From an uncultured Melioribacteraceae bacterium (GTDB lineage: Bacteria; Bacteroidota; Ignavibacteria; Ignavibacteriales; Melioribacteraceae), in contig CAZTYP010000029.1 of assembly GCA_964617555.1 (NCBI GenBank), positions 372 to 64,371 on the forward strand: a stretch of DNA of 64,000 nt, written 5' to 3'. Positions 36,263 through 46,405 of the stretch are shown one piece after another. The stretch's first letter is position 1. Every line of letters begins with the position of its first letter. The position numbers were made by a program, and so were the translations under genes. The notes beneath the pieces were generated by a model. It was not told where the DNA came from, searched no databases, and was given only the letters and a program-made list of their open reading frames with translations.

Positions 36263-37711
36263 ATGAAAAATAAATGGAAAATATTATCGCTCATATTATT
36301 AATGATTACATTCTCTGCAAATATTTTTGCACAAAACGAAAACGATGCGGTTCGCTTGGCTTTGCCGGGAGTTTTATCCAACGCCAGGGCTTTGGGAATG
36401 GGTAACGCTTATATTACAAACGGAGATGATTATTCGGCAATGTTTTTTAATCCAGCCGGGTTGGCTCTTTCCAACTATTCTCAATTAACCGGAAGTTTTT
36501 ATCATCGCATTTATGAAAACAACTCAACTTTTTTCGGAGAGAATGATACATATAAAAATAATTCTACACAATTCGGGCAATTGGGTTATCTTTACAAAGC
36601 TCCCGCAACACGCGGAAGTTTGGTTTACGGATTCGGATACCAGCAGGATAAAGATTTTACTTCTTCCCTAAGTTTTGAAGGATATAATCCTAACGATAAT
36701 TCCATGATTAAATATTTAACCGATAAAAATGATGATATCCCTTTTTTGCTCGGATTAAGTTACCCTTTGGTGGATGCGGATAACAATTATATTAAAGATA
36801 CAACTCACATAAAAGGGGATTTAACACAAAGCGGAAATATTTTGGAAAGCGGAGGCATTAACCGTTACAATTTCGGAATTGCCGTTGAAGCGGCTAAAGG
36901 GGTTTTTATTGGCGGAAGTGTTAATTATTTATCAGGTACTTATAAAAACGAAAGAGAATATTATGAAGACGATTGGGATAATTTTTATGTTGATCCAACG
37001 GATATTAACGACCCTAACACTCGTGATTTTCAAACATTCTATTTAAATGATAAAATTGATTGGGACTTATATGCATGGGAATTTCGCTTAGGATTTATAA
37101 TAGATTGGATGCATTTTATCCGGCTCGGCGGTTCCGCAAAACTTCCTACAACTTTTCATATAAAAGAAAATTATCTTATCAAAGGTTATTCCCAATTTGA
37201 CGGGGATTATTTTATAGATTTGCTCCCCTCCGAAAGTATGGTAAGATACGAAATTAAAACTCCGTTGGAATTTTCACTAGGGGCATCAATAGATTTGTAT
37301 TTACTTACGATTAATGCACAAGCAACTTTTATAGATTATACACAAATGGAATTTTCCGGCGAATTGAATCAATCTGCAATTGATGAAAACAACAGAGTTA
37401 TTCACGATAATTTTAGAACGGTACTTAATTATAACATTGGTGCCGAAATGAAAATTCCTTTTACACAAATATTTGCACGAGCCGGTATTATGTATTATAC
37501 ATCACCTTACAAAGACGACCCTAAAGAATTTAATCGTGTTTTTCTTAATGCAGGTGCGGGAATTATTGCAGGTAATGCGTTTAAGTTCGATGTAGCTTAC
37601 TCCTACGGTTTCTGGAATACATACACGGATAATTATGGATATGATGAATCACGTATTTATCAGAGTATTAATTCGCATACATTTATGCTTACAACAACAA
37701 TTCTATTCTAA
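36263..37711 (+). CDS. FadL/PorV-like outer-membrane beta-barrel protein
   Basis: Signal peptide (ANIFAQNE). N-terminal ARALGMGNAYITNGDDYSAMFFNPAGLA motif of the FadL/OMPP1/PorV type. Beta-strand periodicity, with a C-terminus ending TTTILF. Confidence 0.6.
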   Translation: MKNKWKILSLILLMITFSANIFAQNENDAVRLALPGVLSNARALGMGNAYITNGDDYSAMFFNPAGLALSNYSQLTGSFYHRIYENNSTFFGENDTYKNNSTQFGQLGYLYKAPATRGSLVYGFGYQQDKDFTSSLSFEGYNPNDNSMIKYLTDKNDDIPFLLGLSYPLVDADNNYIKDTTHIKGDLTQSGNILESGGINRYNFGIAVEAAKGVFIGGSVNYLSGTYKNEREYYEDDWDNFYVDPTDINDPNTRDFQTFYLNDKIDWDLYAWEFRLGFIIDWMHFIRLGGSAKLPTTFHIKENYLIKGYSQFDGDYFIDLLPSESMVRYEIKTPLEFSLGASIDLYLLTINAQATFIDYTQMEFSGELNQSAIDENNRVIHDNFRTVLNYNIGAEMKIPFTQIFARAGIMYYTSPYKDDPKEFNRVFLNAGAGIIAGNAFKFDVAYSYGFWNTYTDNYGYDESRIYQSINSHTFMLTTTILF

Positions 37712-37819
37712 AAGATAAAAACAATAATCACGACACAGAATTAGGTAATTATACAAAAAATTTGCAATGCTATTTTTCTTCCTCTATTTTTGGATTATTA
37801 AAAAAAATACTTGTGAAAT

Positions 37820-38776
37820 ATTATTTTAGGAAAAGTTTATAAAATAGAAAGTAAAGATTATTACGTCCTTAATGAGAACGGAAATTCAATAATTTGTCGC
37901 CTTCCGGGAAGATTTAAAAATAAATACCATTTAAAACAGAATAAGCAATATATACTTGATATTGTTGCTGTTGGAGATAAAGTAAAAATTTCGCTTAATA
38001 ACGACGGGCGTGGAGAAATTATCAAAATTTTCGAAAGGGAAAATTATTTTTCCCGTAAAGCCCCTGTGCTTAAAGGAACGGCAGGTAAAGGTGAACGCCT
38101 TGAACAAATTTTTGCTGCAAACTTGGATAATGTTGTAATTGTTTCTTCGGCAAAAAAACCGAAATTCAACAATCGTCTGTTAGACAGAATAATTGTTGGA
38201 GCAGAAAGTTCAAATATTAATCCGATAATTATAATTAACAAAAACGACATCGGCTCGGAAGAAGAGATTAAATATTGGGAAGAAATCTATTCCGACTGCG
38301 GATATTCCGTTATGATTACTTCCGTAGTAAAAAATTACGGACTTTACGAATTAAAAGAAAAGTTACAAAACTCCATCTCTCTTTTTTGCGGGCAATCCGG
38401 TGTTGGAAAATCATCTTTGCTTAACGCCCTCTATCCTCAACTTAATTTTAAGGTAGGGGAAATAAGTGAAATTTTAAATAAAGGAAAACATACAACTGTA
38501 GCGTCAATTTTACAAGAAGTTGATGAAAACACCGTTATTATTGATTCTCCGGGCATTCGTGAATTTGCTCCTTACGGTATTAAAAAAGAGGACCTATCCC
38601 ACTATTTTACAGATTTTATCCCTTACATTAATATGTGTAAATTTAATACATGTACTCATTTTCACGAGCCGGACTGTGCCGTTGTAAATGCAGTTGAAGA
38701 AGGAGCGATTTCTCCGGAAAGGTATTATTCGTATCTTAATATTTTAGAAACCATTGAAGACAAGCCGAAATATTAA
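37820..38776 (+). CDS. rsgA: Ribosome small-subunit-dependent GTPase A (circularly permuted GTPase)
   Basis: The OB-fold N-terminus (GKVYKIESKDYYVLNENGNSIICRLPGRFK...VAVGDKV...GRGEIIKIFERENYFSRKAP) is encoded upstream of the track's first ATG (38066). G4 INKNDI, G1 GQSGVGKSSLLNAL and G3 DSPG follow, then the Zn motif CKFNTCTHFHEPDCAV. No canonical start lies after the in-frame TGA at 37814, so the start coordinate is uncertain (see findings). Confidence 0.8.
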   Translation: MILGKVYKIESKDYYVLNENGNSIICRLPGRFKNKYHLKQNKQYILDIVAVGDKVKISLNNDGRGEIIKIFERENYFSRKAPVLKGTAGKGERLEQIFAANLDNVVIVSSAKKPKFNNRLLDRIIVGAESSNINPIIIINKNDIGSEEEIKYWEEIYSDCGYSVMITSVVKNYGLYELKEKLQNSISLFCGQSGVGKSSLLNALYPQLNFKVGEISEILNKGKHTTVASILQEVDENTVIIDSPGIREFAPYGIKKEDLSHYFTDFIPYINMCKFNTCTHFHEPDCAVVNAVEEGAISPERYYSYLNILETIEDKPKY

Positions 38777-38897
38777 ATTTTTATTTTAGAACAAAAATTG
38801 CTTCAATTTGTTTAACTCTAATATGATTAAGAACTTTATTTTCACTTGTTATTCAAAACGCTAAACCATATTTTTTTAAGTTAAAATTTAGGTTATA

Positions 38898-40709
38898 ATG
38901 AAGATTAAAATAGTTACATTATTTCTGCTTGCTCTTTTTATTTCCGCATGTTCTTCCGTTACCGTTGAAGAGAAAAAAGAAAGTGCGGGACAAAAAAAAG
39001 ATCGAATTCAAAATGAACAATTGGCGGAAGATTTTTTTATAAAAGGGGCACTTCACGATTTAAAAGGGGAGTATCCTTCCGCAATATTGGAATATCAAGA
39101 GGCATTGCGGTTGGACGAAAAAGCCGGTATTCATTATGCTTTAGGGAAAGATTATCTGCTTTTGCGTAAGTTCCCTTTGGCGTTGTATCATGCACGTAAC
39201 GCCGTAAAATTAGCCCCCGAAGATGCCGAATATAATTTTTTCCTTGGTAGTATTTATCAAATGGGACAAAAGCCTGATTCGGCGGAAGCATATTTTGAGA
39301 AAGTAATAGCAATAGATTCCCTTTATTATCAAGCTTATTATAATATTGCCCAATTAAACGAAGCAAAAAATCCGTTGAAATCGTTAGAGGTTTATAACAA
39401 CTTATTAAAGTTACTGGGTCCCGAATGGAATGTATTATTAAAAATTGCGGAATTGAATGAACGTTTGGGGAATGTTGATAATACAATAAAAACGGTTGAA
39501 GAACTATTGAAATTAAATCCGTCTGATTTAAAATTGCAAAAATTGTTAATAGAATCGTATTTAAAAACAAACAAAAATGAAAAAGCCCTTGCCCTTACCG
39601 ACGATGCCTTAAATATGTTCCCTGATGACTTGGAATTGATTGAATATAAAGGAAATGCTTATGCAAATATGGGTAAATGGAAGGATGCATCGGTTCAGTA
39701 TAAAAAAATAATCAAATCAAAAAAACTCCCTTTTGATGTTAAAAAAAGAATTGCAGCAGGATTTGTTGCCGAAGCGGCAAAAGATTCGGAAGTTATTCCG
39801 ATTACCAAACAAATTTTAACCGAACTGGAAAAAGATTCTACCGATTGGCAAGTAAGTGCTTTTTGGGGAGAAATTTACATTGAAGAGGGAAACGACTCGT
39901 TGGCAATAGAGCAATTTAAAACGGCTGCACATACTGCAACCTGGAATGCACAGTTGTGGAATAGATTGGGAATTTTGTTGTTCGATTCTCACAGATACAA
40001 AGAAGCTGCCGATGAGATGAAAAATGCAGTGTTAAAATTTCCGGATGATTTTGTTGATAATTTAATACTCGGGTTATCTCTTTCGCAGTTGGGTGATATT
40101 GAAAGTGCGGAACGCGCTTTGGGACATGCCGTGCGGCTTAATCCGAACGATTTAACGGCGTTGCATGCATATGGTTTTACGCTTAACCAATTAAAACGTA
40201 CCGATGCGGCAATTGTTTATTTGGAACGTGCTTTATCGATTGAACCTAAAAACATTCAAGTAATTGGTACACTCGGTTTAATTTACGACGGGCTGAAAGA
40301 ATATAATAAAAGCGATTCGTTGTATGAACGTGCACTGGCAATAGATTCAACCGATGTTCTCATTGCAAATAATTTTGCATATTCTCTTGCCGTACGCGGA
40401 GTTCAACTGCAAAGAGCATTGAAATTATCAAAGTATGCAATTACTAATGCTCCCGATAATTCTTCTTATCTTGATACTTACGGTTGGGTTCTTTTTAAGT
40501 TGGGAAAATATTACGAAGCCATTAAGTATATTAAAAAAGCAATTGAGTTGGATAATGAAAATGCTACATTGTACGATCATTTGGCAGATATTTATGCAGA
40601 AATGAATGATATGGGAAATGCAATTAAATATTATAAAAAAGCATTAGCTCTTGATTCCGAAATAGAAGGAGTAAAAGAAAAATTGAAAAAGGCAGAAAAA
40701 AATGATTAA
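38898..40709 (+). CDS. Tetratricopeptide-repeat lipoprotein
   Basis: Lipobox LFISACSS. At least 10 TPR-like units are present, for example AILEYQEALRLDEK, YNFFLGSIYQ and AIKYYKKALALDSE. Confidence 0.75.
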   Translation: MKIKIVTLFLLALFISACSSVTVEEKKESAGQKKDRIQNEQLAEDFFIKGALHDLKGEYPSAILEYQEALRLDEKAGIHYALGKDYLLLRKFPLALYHARNAVKLAPEDAEYNFFLGSIYQMGQKPDSAEAYFEKVIAIDSLYYQAYYNIAQLNEAKNPLKSLEVYNNLLKLLGPEWNVLLKIAELNERLGNVDNTIKTVEELLKLNPSDLKLQKLLIESYLKTNKNEKALALTDDALNMFPDDLELIEYKGNAYANMGKWKDASVQYKKIIKSKKLPFDVKKRIAAGFVAEAAKDSEVIPITKQILTELEKDSTDWQVSAFWGEIYIEEGNDSLAIEQFKTAAHTATWNAQLWNRLGILLFDSHRYKEAADEMKNAVLKFPDDFVDNLILGLSLSQLGDIESAERALGHAVRLNPNDLTALHAYGFTLNQLKRTDAAIVYLERALSIEPKNIQVIGTLGLIYDGLKEYNKSDSLYERALAIDSTDVLIANNFAYSLAVRGVQLQRALKLSKYAITNAPDNSSYLDTYGWVLFKLGKYYEAIKYIKKAIELDNENATLYDHLADIYAEMNDMGNAIKYYKKALALDSEIEGVKEKLKKAEKND

Positions 40710-41490
40710 AATAAAACCGTTTATTTTTATAACAAGCATAATTTTGTTTTTTATAGGATGTAGTTCCGAAAAAGAGATTACAACAAACACCCCGAAAGTA
40801 ATACCCGCACCTCGGTTAATAAAAAAATTAGAAGGGAACAGAAGAACCATTAAAACCTTTGATGCCGTTGGCACTATCCAAGTAAAAAGTAAAAAATTTA
40901 ACGGTAAAACCGGTTTTAAAATTTTAATTAAAAGACCCGATTCAATTAAAATATCTATATACGGACCATTCGGAATTGATATTGCTCACGGATTATTTAC
41001 AAAAGAACATTTCCTTTTTTATAATGTAATGAAAAAGAAAATCTATACGGGAAATAACAGCCGCAATGTTTTGCAAAAAATGTTTAAAATAAATTTATCT
41101 TTCGAAAATTTAATTGATGCATTTGCCGGCTCTGTAAATCTTACGAAAGAGTTGCATACCGAACCGGCTAAGTATGAGATATTGGATGATATTTACAATC
41201 TGACTTATATAGATACGGCAAATAACAGACAAACAACATATAGAATAACCAAACAAGATTTAAAAATAACAGATTACATAATTTCCACACTTGACGGTAA
41301 GGAATTATTATCCGGAGAATATTCCCAATTTAAGAAATACGAAGGTGTTCCCCTTCCGAAAGTAGTGCTTATCAGAAACAAAGCAAAGCACGAAAGCATT
41401 AAAGTGAGGTATAAAAAAATAAAGGTGAACAAAAAACAGTTATCCCTAAAAATTAAACTTCCGTCTGACGTTGAAAAAATCGAATGGTAA
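40702..41490 (+). CDS. DUF4292 / LolB-like lipoprotein
   Basis: Lipobox FFIGCSSE, 262 aa. The position between a TPR protein and an M23 protein matches the conserved Bacteroidota-type trio. Overlaps at both junctions. Confidence 0.55.
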   Translation: MIKIKPFIFITSIILFFIGCSSEKEITTNTPKVIPAPRLIKKLEGNRRTIKTFDAVGTIQVKSKKFNGKTGFKILIKRPDSIKISIYGPFGIDIAHGLFTKEHFLFYNVMKKKIYTGNNSRNVLQKMFKINLSFENLIDAFAGSVNLTKELHTEPAKYEILDDIYNLTYIDTANNRQTTYRITKQDLKITDYIISTLDGKELLSGEYSQFKKYEGVPLPKVVLIRNKAKHESIKVRYKKIKVNKKQLSLKIKLPSDVEKIEW

Positions 41491-42704
41491 AATTTATTAA
41501 AAATATCTTTTTATTTCTTTTTGTTGCCGCTTTTTTGGTTGCCCAAACAAATGAAAGTATCAAAAAGAAAAATGCTGAACTGGAAAAGATAAAATCTGAA
41601 ATTACACGTTTGGAAAAGGAACTGGCATCTAAAAAAAATGTGGAAACAGATAATATTCAATTGTTGGATAAAATCAATCATCAAAGTCATTTGCTTAACG
41701 AGGCAATAAAAAGAATTGTTGAGGAAGAAAAAGCGCTTGAAAAAAAAATCAAAAAATTAAATTTACAAATTACCGAACTTCAAAAAGAAATTACCGAACT
41801 GCAGAAAGAATATGCCTCGTATGTACAATGGCTTTATAAAAACGGACAAGAATCCAAATGGAGTTTGTTACTTAAAGCCGATTCTTTTAATCAAGCCGTG
41901 GTTAGATATAAATATTTTAATTATATAACTGATAAAAATGAGGCGAGGGTTACAAGGTTAAGGGAACAAAAAGAGAAGTTGGAAAGGTTAACTTCGGATT
42001 TACGGTTGCAAATAAAAGAAAAGAAAAAATTGGAAACCGAAAAGGAAAAAGAATCCGAAAAATTAAAACTGCGCAGAGAAGAAAAAAACAAGTTGCTTGC
42101 CGAACTTGTTAAAGACAGAAAAAACATAGAAAAAGAAATAGATGAAAAAAGGAAATATGAAATAGAAATCAAATCCATAATTGTAAACTTAATTGAAAAA
42201 GAAAGAGAACGGGAAAGAAAATTAAGAGAGGCAAAATTTAAAAACAATTCCGTTCAGCCCTATATTCCAAAAATCAACTACACAAAATTTCAAAATTTTG
42301 CCGAGTTAAAAGGAAAACTTAACTGGCCTGTCTTAAAAGGGAAAATTGTAAGAAAGTTCGGCGAAAACAAAAATAAAAAACTAAAAACAATAACGCTTAA
42401 TTATGGTGTAGATATTAAAACGGTTTCGGAAGGCAAAGTGTTTGCCGTTGCCGAAGGTGTTGTTTCCATAATTGATTGGATACCCGGTTTTGGTAGTATA
42501 ATTATTGTTACGCATAAAGGTAATTTCAGAACGGTGTACGGGCATATTGATAATATTGAAGTGAATGAAGGAGATGTTATAAAAGCCGGAACTGTTTTGG
42601 GAACGGTAAACAAGAGTTTGGAAGGAAATCTTGTCCATTTTGAAATTTGGGACGAACGTAATTATAAAAATCCCGAAAAATGGTTGGCAAAAAAGAGTAA
42701 ATAA
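41484..42704 (+). CDS. Murein hydrolase activator EnvC-like protein (N-terminal coiled coil plus C-terminal M23/LytM domain)
   Basis: Long heptad-rich K/E coiled coil. The C-terminal LytM block contains GVDIKT, GFGSIIIVTHKGNFRTVYGH and LHFEIW-type (VHFEIWD) motifs. Confidence 0.8.
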   Translation: MVKFIKNIFLFLFVAAFLVAQTNESIKKKNAELEKIKSEITRLEKELASKKNVETDNIQLLDKINHQSHLLNEAIKRIVEEEKALEKKIKKLNLQITELQKEITELQKEYASYVQWLYKNGQESKWSLLLKADSFNQAVVRYKYFNYITDKNEARVTRLREQKEKLERLTSDLRLQIKEKKKLETEKEKESEKLKLRREEKNKLLAELVKDRKNIEKEIDEKRKYEIEIKSIIVNLIEKERERERKLREAKFKNNSVQPYIPKINYTKFQNFAELKGKLNWPVLKGKIVRKFGENKNKKLKTITLNYGVDIKTVSEGKVFAVAEGVVSIIDWIPGFGSIIIVTHKGNFRTVYGHIDNIEVNEGDVIKAGTVLGTVNKSLEGNLVHFEIWDERNYKNPEKWLAKKSK

Positions 42705-42803
42705 AACAGGGAAAAGCTTACGTTTTTGCTTCTTCCTTTTAACTTTAATAAATTAAATCAATAATAATACTCCTTACTGAAAAGTTAAATTAAAGAGGAT
42801 AAT

Positions 42804-44048
42804 TTGCAAACGTGGAATACAATATTAAAAAACTTTTTTTCACTTTCCGGTGGCGAATTATTAAGTAAAACAATAGCGTTTGTAACTACTATTTATCTTG
42901 CCCGTGTAATTTTACCGCAAGGTTTCGGTATACTGGGGTATTCTACAGCATTTGTCTCTTATTTCCTTCTTTTTCTCGATTTCGGATTTGATATAATAAG
43001 CGTTAAACGTATTGCAAACGATAAGTCTGTTATTTCCAGATATGTAAATAACGTAATTTCTTTCCGCATTTTATTGGCCTCCGCTATTTTTCTTATTCTT
43101 TCAATTGTTATCTTTTTTTTGCACGAAACATTTATTGTTAAAATTGCTTTGTTGTTAACCGGATTAAATCTTTTTGTGCAGTCAATATCTACGGAATTTG
43201 TTTTTCAGGCAACCGAAAAAATAAAATACTTGTCAATAAAAGTTGTTGTTAAAAACATTTTAATTCTTCTTTTTGTTTTTCTTTTTGTAAAAGATATTTC
43301 AGATGTGTTAAAAGTGATTGCTATTTCCGTTTTTGCCAATTTGATTATGAACCTTTGGCTGTTTGGGAAATATTCCGAGTTCTTTGGGAAATATAAGTGG
43401 AGTATAAAACAAAAATTTTTACGTACGCTATTTTCGGAATCTTTTCCTTTGATAATCTCTTCGTTTATGATTTCCATATACTATAATTTGGATATGGTGA
43501 TGCTTGGTAATATTAAAACACAAACCGAGGTGGGAATATATAATGCGGCATATAAAATTTTTATGATTGGGCTTATCCCTCTCGGAGCAATAGTTAAAAT
43601 TTTTCTACCCTCTTTATCGAAAATTAAAAACAGAGAACAGTTAAAGCGAACTATTCTTAATTACGGAATATTAATGTTCGGAAGCGGTATTTTAATCTCT
43701 CTTTTTATTTTCTTTTTTGCCGAAGAGATAATAACCGTTGTTTTCGGAAGCAAATATGTGGGGGCTACTCTTCCGTTGATTATTCTTTCCGGTAATTTGT
43801 TGGTTATTTCAATAAATAGTTTTTTCGGAAATCCCTTAACGGTATGGGGAAAGCAAAAAGTCTTTTCCGTTGCAATAACTTTCGGAGCAATTATTAATAT
43901 TATTTTAAATATAATTTTTATTCCTAAATATTCGATTAATGGAGCCGCCTTTGCAACGTTACTCTCCGAGGTCGTGGTTTTTATCGGGGTTTTTTATTTA
44001 TTTAATAAAAATTTGAAGTATATATTAAAAGAAAACAACATTTTATAA
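42804..44048 (+). CDS. wzx: Oligosaccharide flippase (Wzx, MOP superfamily)
   Basis: TTG start, 414 aa, about 12 TM helices. The N-terminus SGGELLSKTIAFVTTIYLARVILPQGFG is typical. Confidence 0.7.
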   Translation: MQTWNTILKNFFSLSGGELLSKTIAFVTTIYLARVILPQGFGILGYSTAFVSYFLLFLDFGFDIISVKRIANDKSVISRYVNNVISFRILLASAIFLILSIVIFFLHETFIVKIALLLTGLNLFVQSISTEFVFQATEKIKYLSIKVVVKNILILLFVFLFVKDISDVLKVIAISVFANLIMNLWLFGKYSEFFGKYKWSIKQKFLRTLFSESFPLIISSFMISIYYNLDMVMLGNIKTQTEVGIYNAAYKIFMIGLIPLGAIVKIFLPSLSKIKNREQLKRTILNYGILMFGSGILISLFIFFFAEEIITVVFGSKYVGATLPLIILSGNLLVISINSFFGNPLTVWGKQKVFSVAITFGAIINIILNIIFIPKYSINGAAFATLLSEVVVFIGVFYLFNKNLKYILKENNIL

Positions 44049-44100
44049 AATGTTGTTTCTCTTTAACGCTTTCAGTATTTGTAGGAATTTTAAATAATAT

Positions 44101-45195
44101 ATGACGTATAATTATCTAATAGTTGGAGCCGGTTTTGCCGGAGCGGTTGCTGCCGAAAGACTTGCAAACAAAGGGAATAAAATTCTTGTTGTAGAAAAAC
44201 GCAATCACGTTGGCGGTAACGCTTACGATGAATATGACGAGTACGGAATACTTGTTCATCGCTATGGACCACATATTTTTCATACAAACAGCAAAAAGGT
44301 TTTCGATTATCTTTCGCAATTTACGGAATGGAGAAAATATGAGCATCGAGTTTTGGCAAAACTGAACAGCGAACTTTATCAGATACCGATTAACAGAACA
44401 ACTCTGAATAAATTGTATAACAAAAATTTTCAAACTGATGAAGAAGTTCAAGAATTTTATGACTCGGTGAGAAAAGAAATTTACCCGATAACAAATTCCG
44501 AAGAAAAAATTGTTAGCCAAGTTGGTGAAGATTTATTCGAAAAATTCTTTAAATATTATACAAAAAAGCAATGGGGAATTGAAGCGAAAGAATTATCACC
44601 GTCGGTATTGGGAAGAATTCCCGTAAGAACAAATACCGATAACAGATATTTTACGGATAAATATCAATATATGCCAAAGGACGGATACACCAAGATGTTT
44701 GAAAAAATACTCGAGCACAAAAACATCAATATAATGTTAAACACGGATTACAAAACCATAGTTGATGAAATAAAATTCGAGAAGATGATTTATACAGGAC
44801 CTATCGATTATTTCTTTGATTACAAATTTGGGAAATTACCGTACCGTTCACTTCGGTTTGAGTGGAAAAACTTGAAATCGGAAGAGTTTCAGAAAACGGC
44901 TGTAGTAAATTATGTTGATGCCTCTCCTCCATATACAAGAATAACGGAATATAAACATCTAACCGAACAAAAAGATAAAACCACTACGGTTAGTTATGAG
45001 TATCCGATTTTTAATGGCGAACCGTATTATCCGGTTGTAAATAACGATAGTAAGGAACAAATGAAATTGTATAGATTAGAAATTAACAAATTAAAGAACA
45101 TACAATTTATTGGAAGACTTGCGGAAAACAAATATTATAATATGGATGTGGTTGTAGCGGAGGTGTTAAAAAAATATGAACAAAATATTATTTAG
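44101..45195 (+). CDS. glf: UDP-galactopyranose mutase
   Basis: YNYLIVGAGFAGAVAAERLA...VVEKRNHVGGNAYD FAD motif, GPHIFHT and YTKKQWG. The length (364 aa) is typical of Glf. Confidence 0.9.
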   Translation: MTYNYLIVGAGFAGAVAAERLANKGNKILVVEKRNHVGGNAYDEYDEYGILVHRYGPHIFHTNSKKVFDYLSQFTEWRKYEHRVLAKLNSELYQIPINRTTLNKLYNKNFQTDEEVQEFYDSVRKEIYPITNSEEKIVSQVGEDLFEKFFKYYTKKQWGIEAKELSPSVLGRIPVRTNTDNRYFTDKYQYMPKDGYTKMFEKILEHKNINIMLNTDYKTIVDEIKFEKMIYTGPIDYFFDYKFGKLPYRSLRFEWKNLKSEEFQKTAVVNYVDASPPYTRITEYKHLTEQKDKTTTVSYEYPIFNGEPYYPVVNNDSKEQMKLYRLEINKLKNIQFIGRLAENKYYNMDVVVAEVLKKYEQNII

Positions 45196-46405
45196 CATAT
45201 ATACGGGAGAATATCCCAACCAATTTGCCGGAGGCCCGAACAACATTATTTATAAAACTATTAAGTTTTTTAACAAATCCGGTTATAAATTTGATTTTCT
45301 CTCAAGTGATTTGTTTGCTAAAAACGTAACTGCAGATTCTTTAGATAAATTAGATGAAAATTTATCCAAAAAGAAGAAAACGGCTTTTTTCCTTGCAAAC
45401 AACTCTCAATTATATAGAAAATTCTTTGGGAGCGATTTTTATTTGCCTTATCATTTTTATAAAAAAAACAAATATTTTAAATTATTTGGAAACAAAAAAA
45501 CTGAATATAACATAATTCATTGTCAAGATTCCGTTACACTCTCTTTAATCTCTAACAATAGCTCTGCAAAAAAAATAATGACTATTCATAGTAAAGGACC
45601 TTTAAGTGATGAGTTAAGAAATACGTTTCAAAATATAAAACTAAAACAAAGGATTGATAAAAAGTTAAAAAAGATTGAACATAAAAACATTAATATGGCG
45701 GATTTAATTACTTTCCCCAGTATGGCAGCAAAAAATTATTTTGAAGAGAGTTTAAATATTTCCATACCCAAGGAAAAAATAAAAATTATTTATAACGGAA
45801 TTGAATTTGATAAAATTCAAAATATTACCGGAAACGATATTCTAGAAAGATATCTAATTGATTCAAAAGGGGTTTTTACATTATTAAATATTGCGGCTCA
45901 TGGTAAAGAAAAAAATATAGATATTTTGTTAAGAACCGTAAAGTTTTTGAAAGATAAGTATAAAAAAAATGTTTTGTTAATAAACGTGGGCGTTGGAAAT
46001 GATACTAAGGAGTTACAAGAGTTAACAAAAAAATTAAATATTTCTGACAGCGTAAAATTCTTAGGAAAGTTGCCCAACGAAGATGTTATTAAATTACTTA
46101 AAGCAACGGATATGTTCATAATGACATCCGAAAAAGTTATTTTTGATTTGGTGGTTTTGGAAGCCCTTGCCTGCGGGGCATGCTGTGTGGTTTCCGACGA
46201 AGGCGGAAATAAAGAAATTATTAAAGATGGCGAAAACGGTTATCTTATAGATATAAATGATATTGAAGGGATTGCAAAAAAAATAATTTCAATAGACCGA
46301 AATAGAGTAAAGGGAAAAGCAATTGAAACCGCAAGACAATTTTCAGTTCAAAAAATGGTTGACGGTTATTTTGAAATGTACGAGAGTTTATTAAATGGAG
46401 TATAA
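45176..46405 (+). CDS. Glycosyltransferase family 4
   Basis: GT-B C-terminal domain with FIMTSEKVIFDLVVLEALACGACCVVSDEGGNKEIIKDGENGYL. Confidence 0.75.
   Translation: MNKILFSIYTGEYPNQFAGGPNNIIYKTIKFFNKSGYKFDFLSSDLFAKNVTADSLDKLDENLSKKKKTAFFLANNSQLYRKFFGSDFYLPYHFYKKNKYFKLFGNKKTEYNIIHCQDSVTLSLISNNSSAKKIMTIHSKGPLSDELRNTFQNIKLKQRIDKKLKKIEHKNINMADLITFPSMAAKNYFEESLNISIPKEKIKIIYNGIEFDKIQNITGNDILERYLIDSKGVFTLLNIAAHGKEKNIDILLRTVKFLKDKYKKNVLLINVGVGNDTKELQELTKKLNISDSVKFLGKLPNEDVIKLLKATDMFIMTSEKVIFDLVVLEALACGACCVVSDEGGNKEIIKDGENGYLIDINDIEGIAKKIISIDRNRVKGKAIETARQFSVQKMVDGYFEMYESLLNGV

Noticed and set aside
41769-41810. 21-nt tandem repeat (ATTACCGAACTTCAAAAAGAA / ATTACCGAACTGCAGAAAGAA)
   Set aside because: It encodes a duplicated ITELQKE heptad within the EnvC-like coiled coil. 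It is an ordinary coiled-coil duplication, not a regulatory or mobile repeat.
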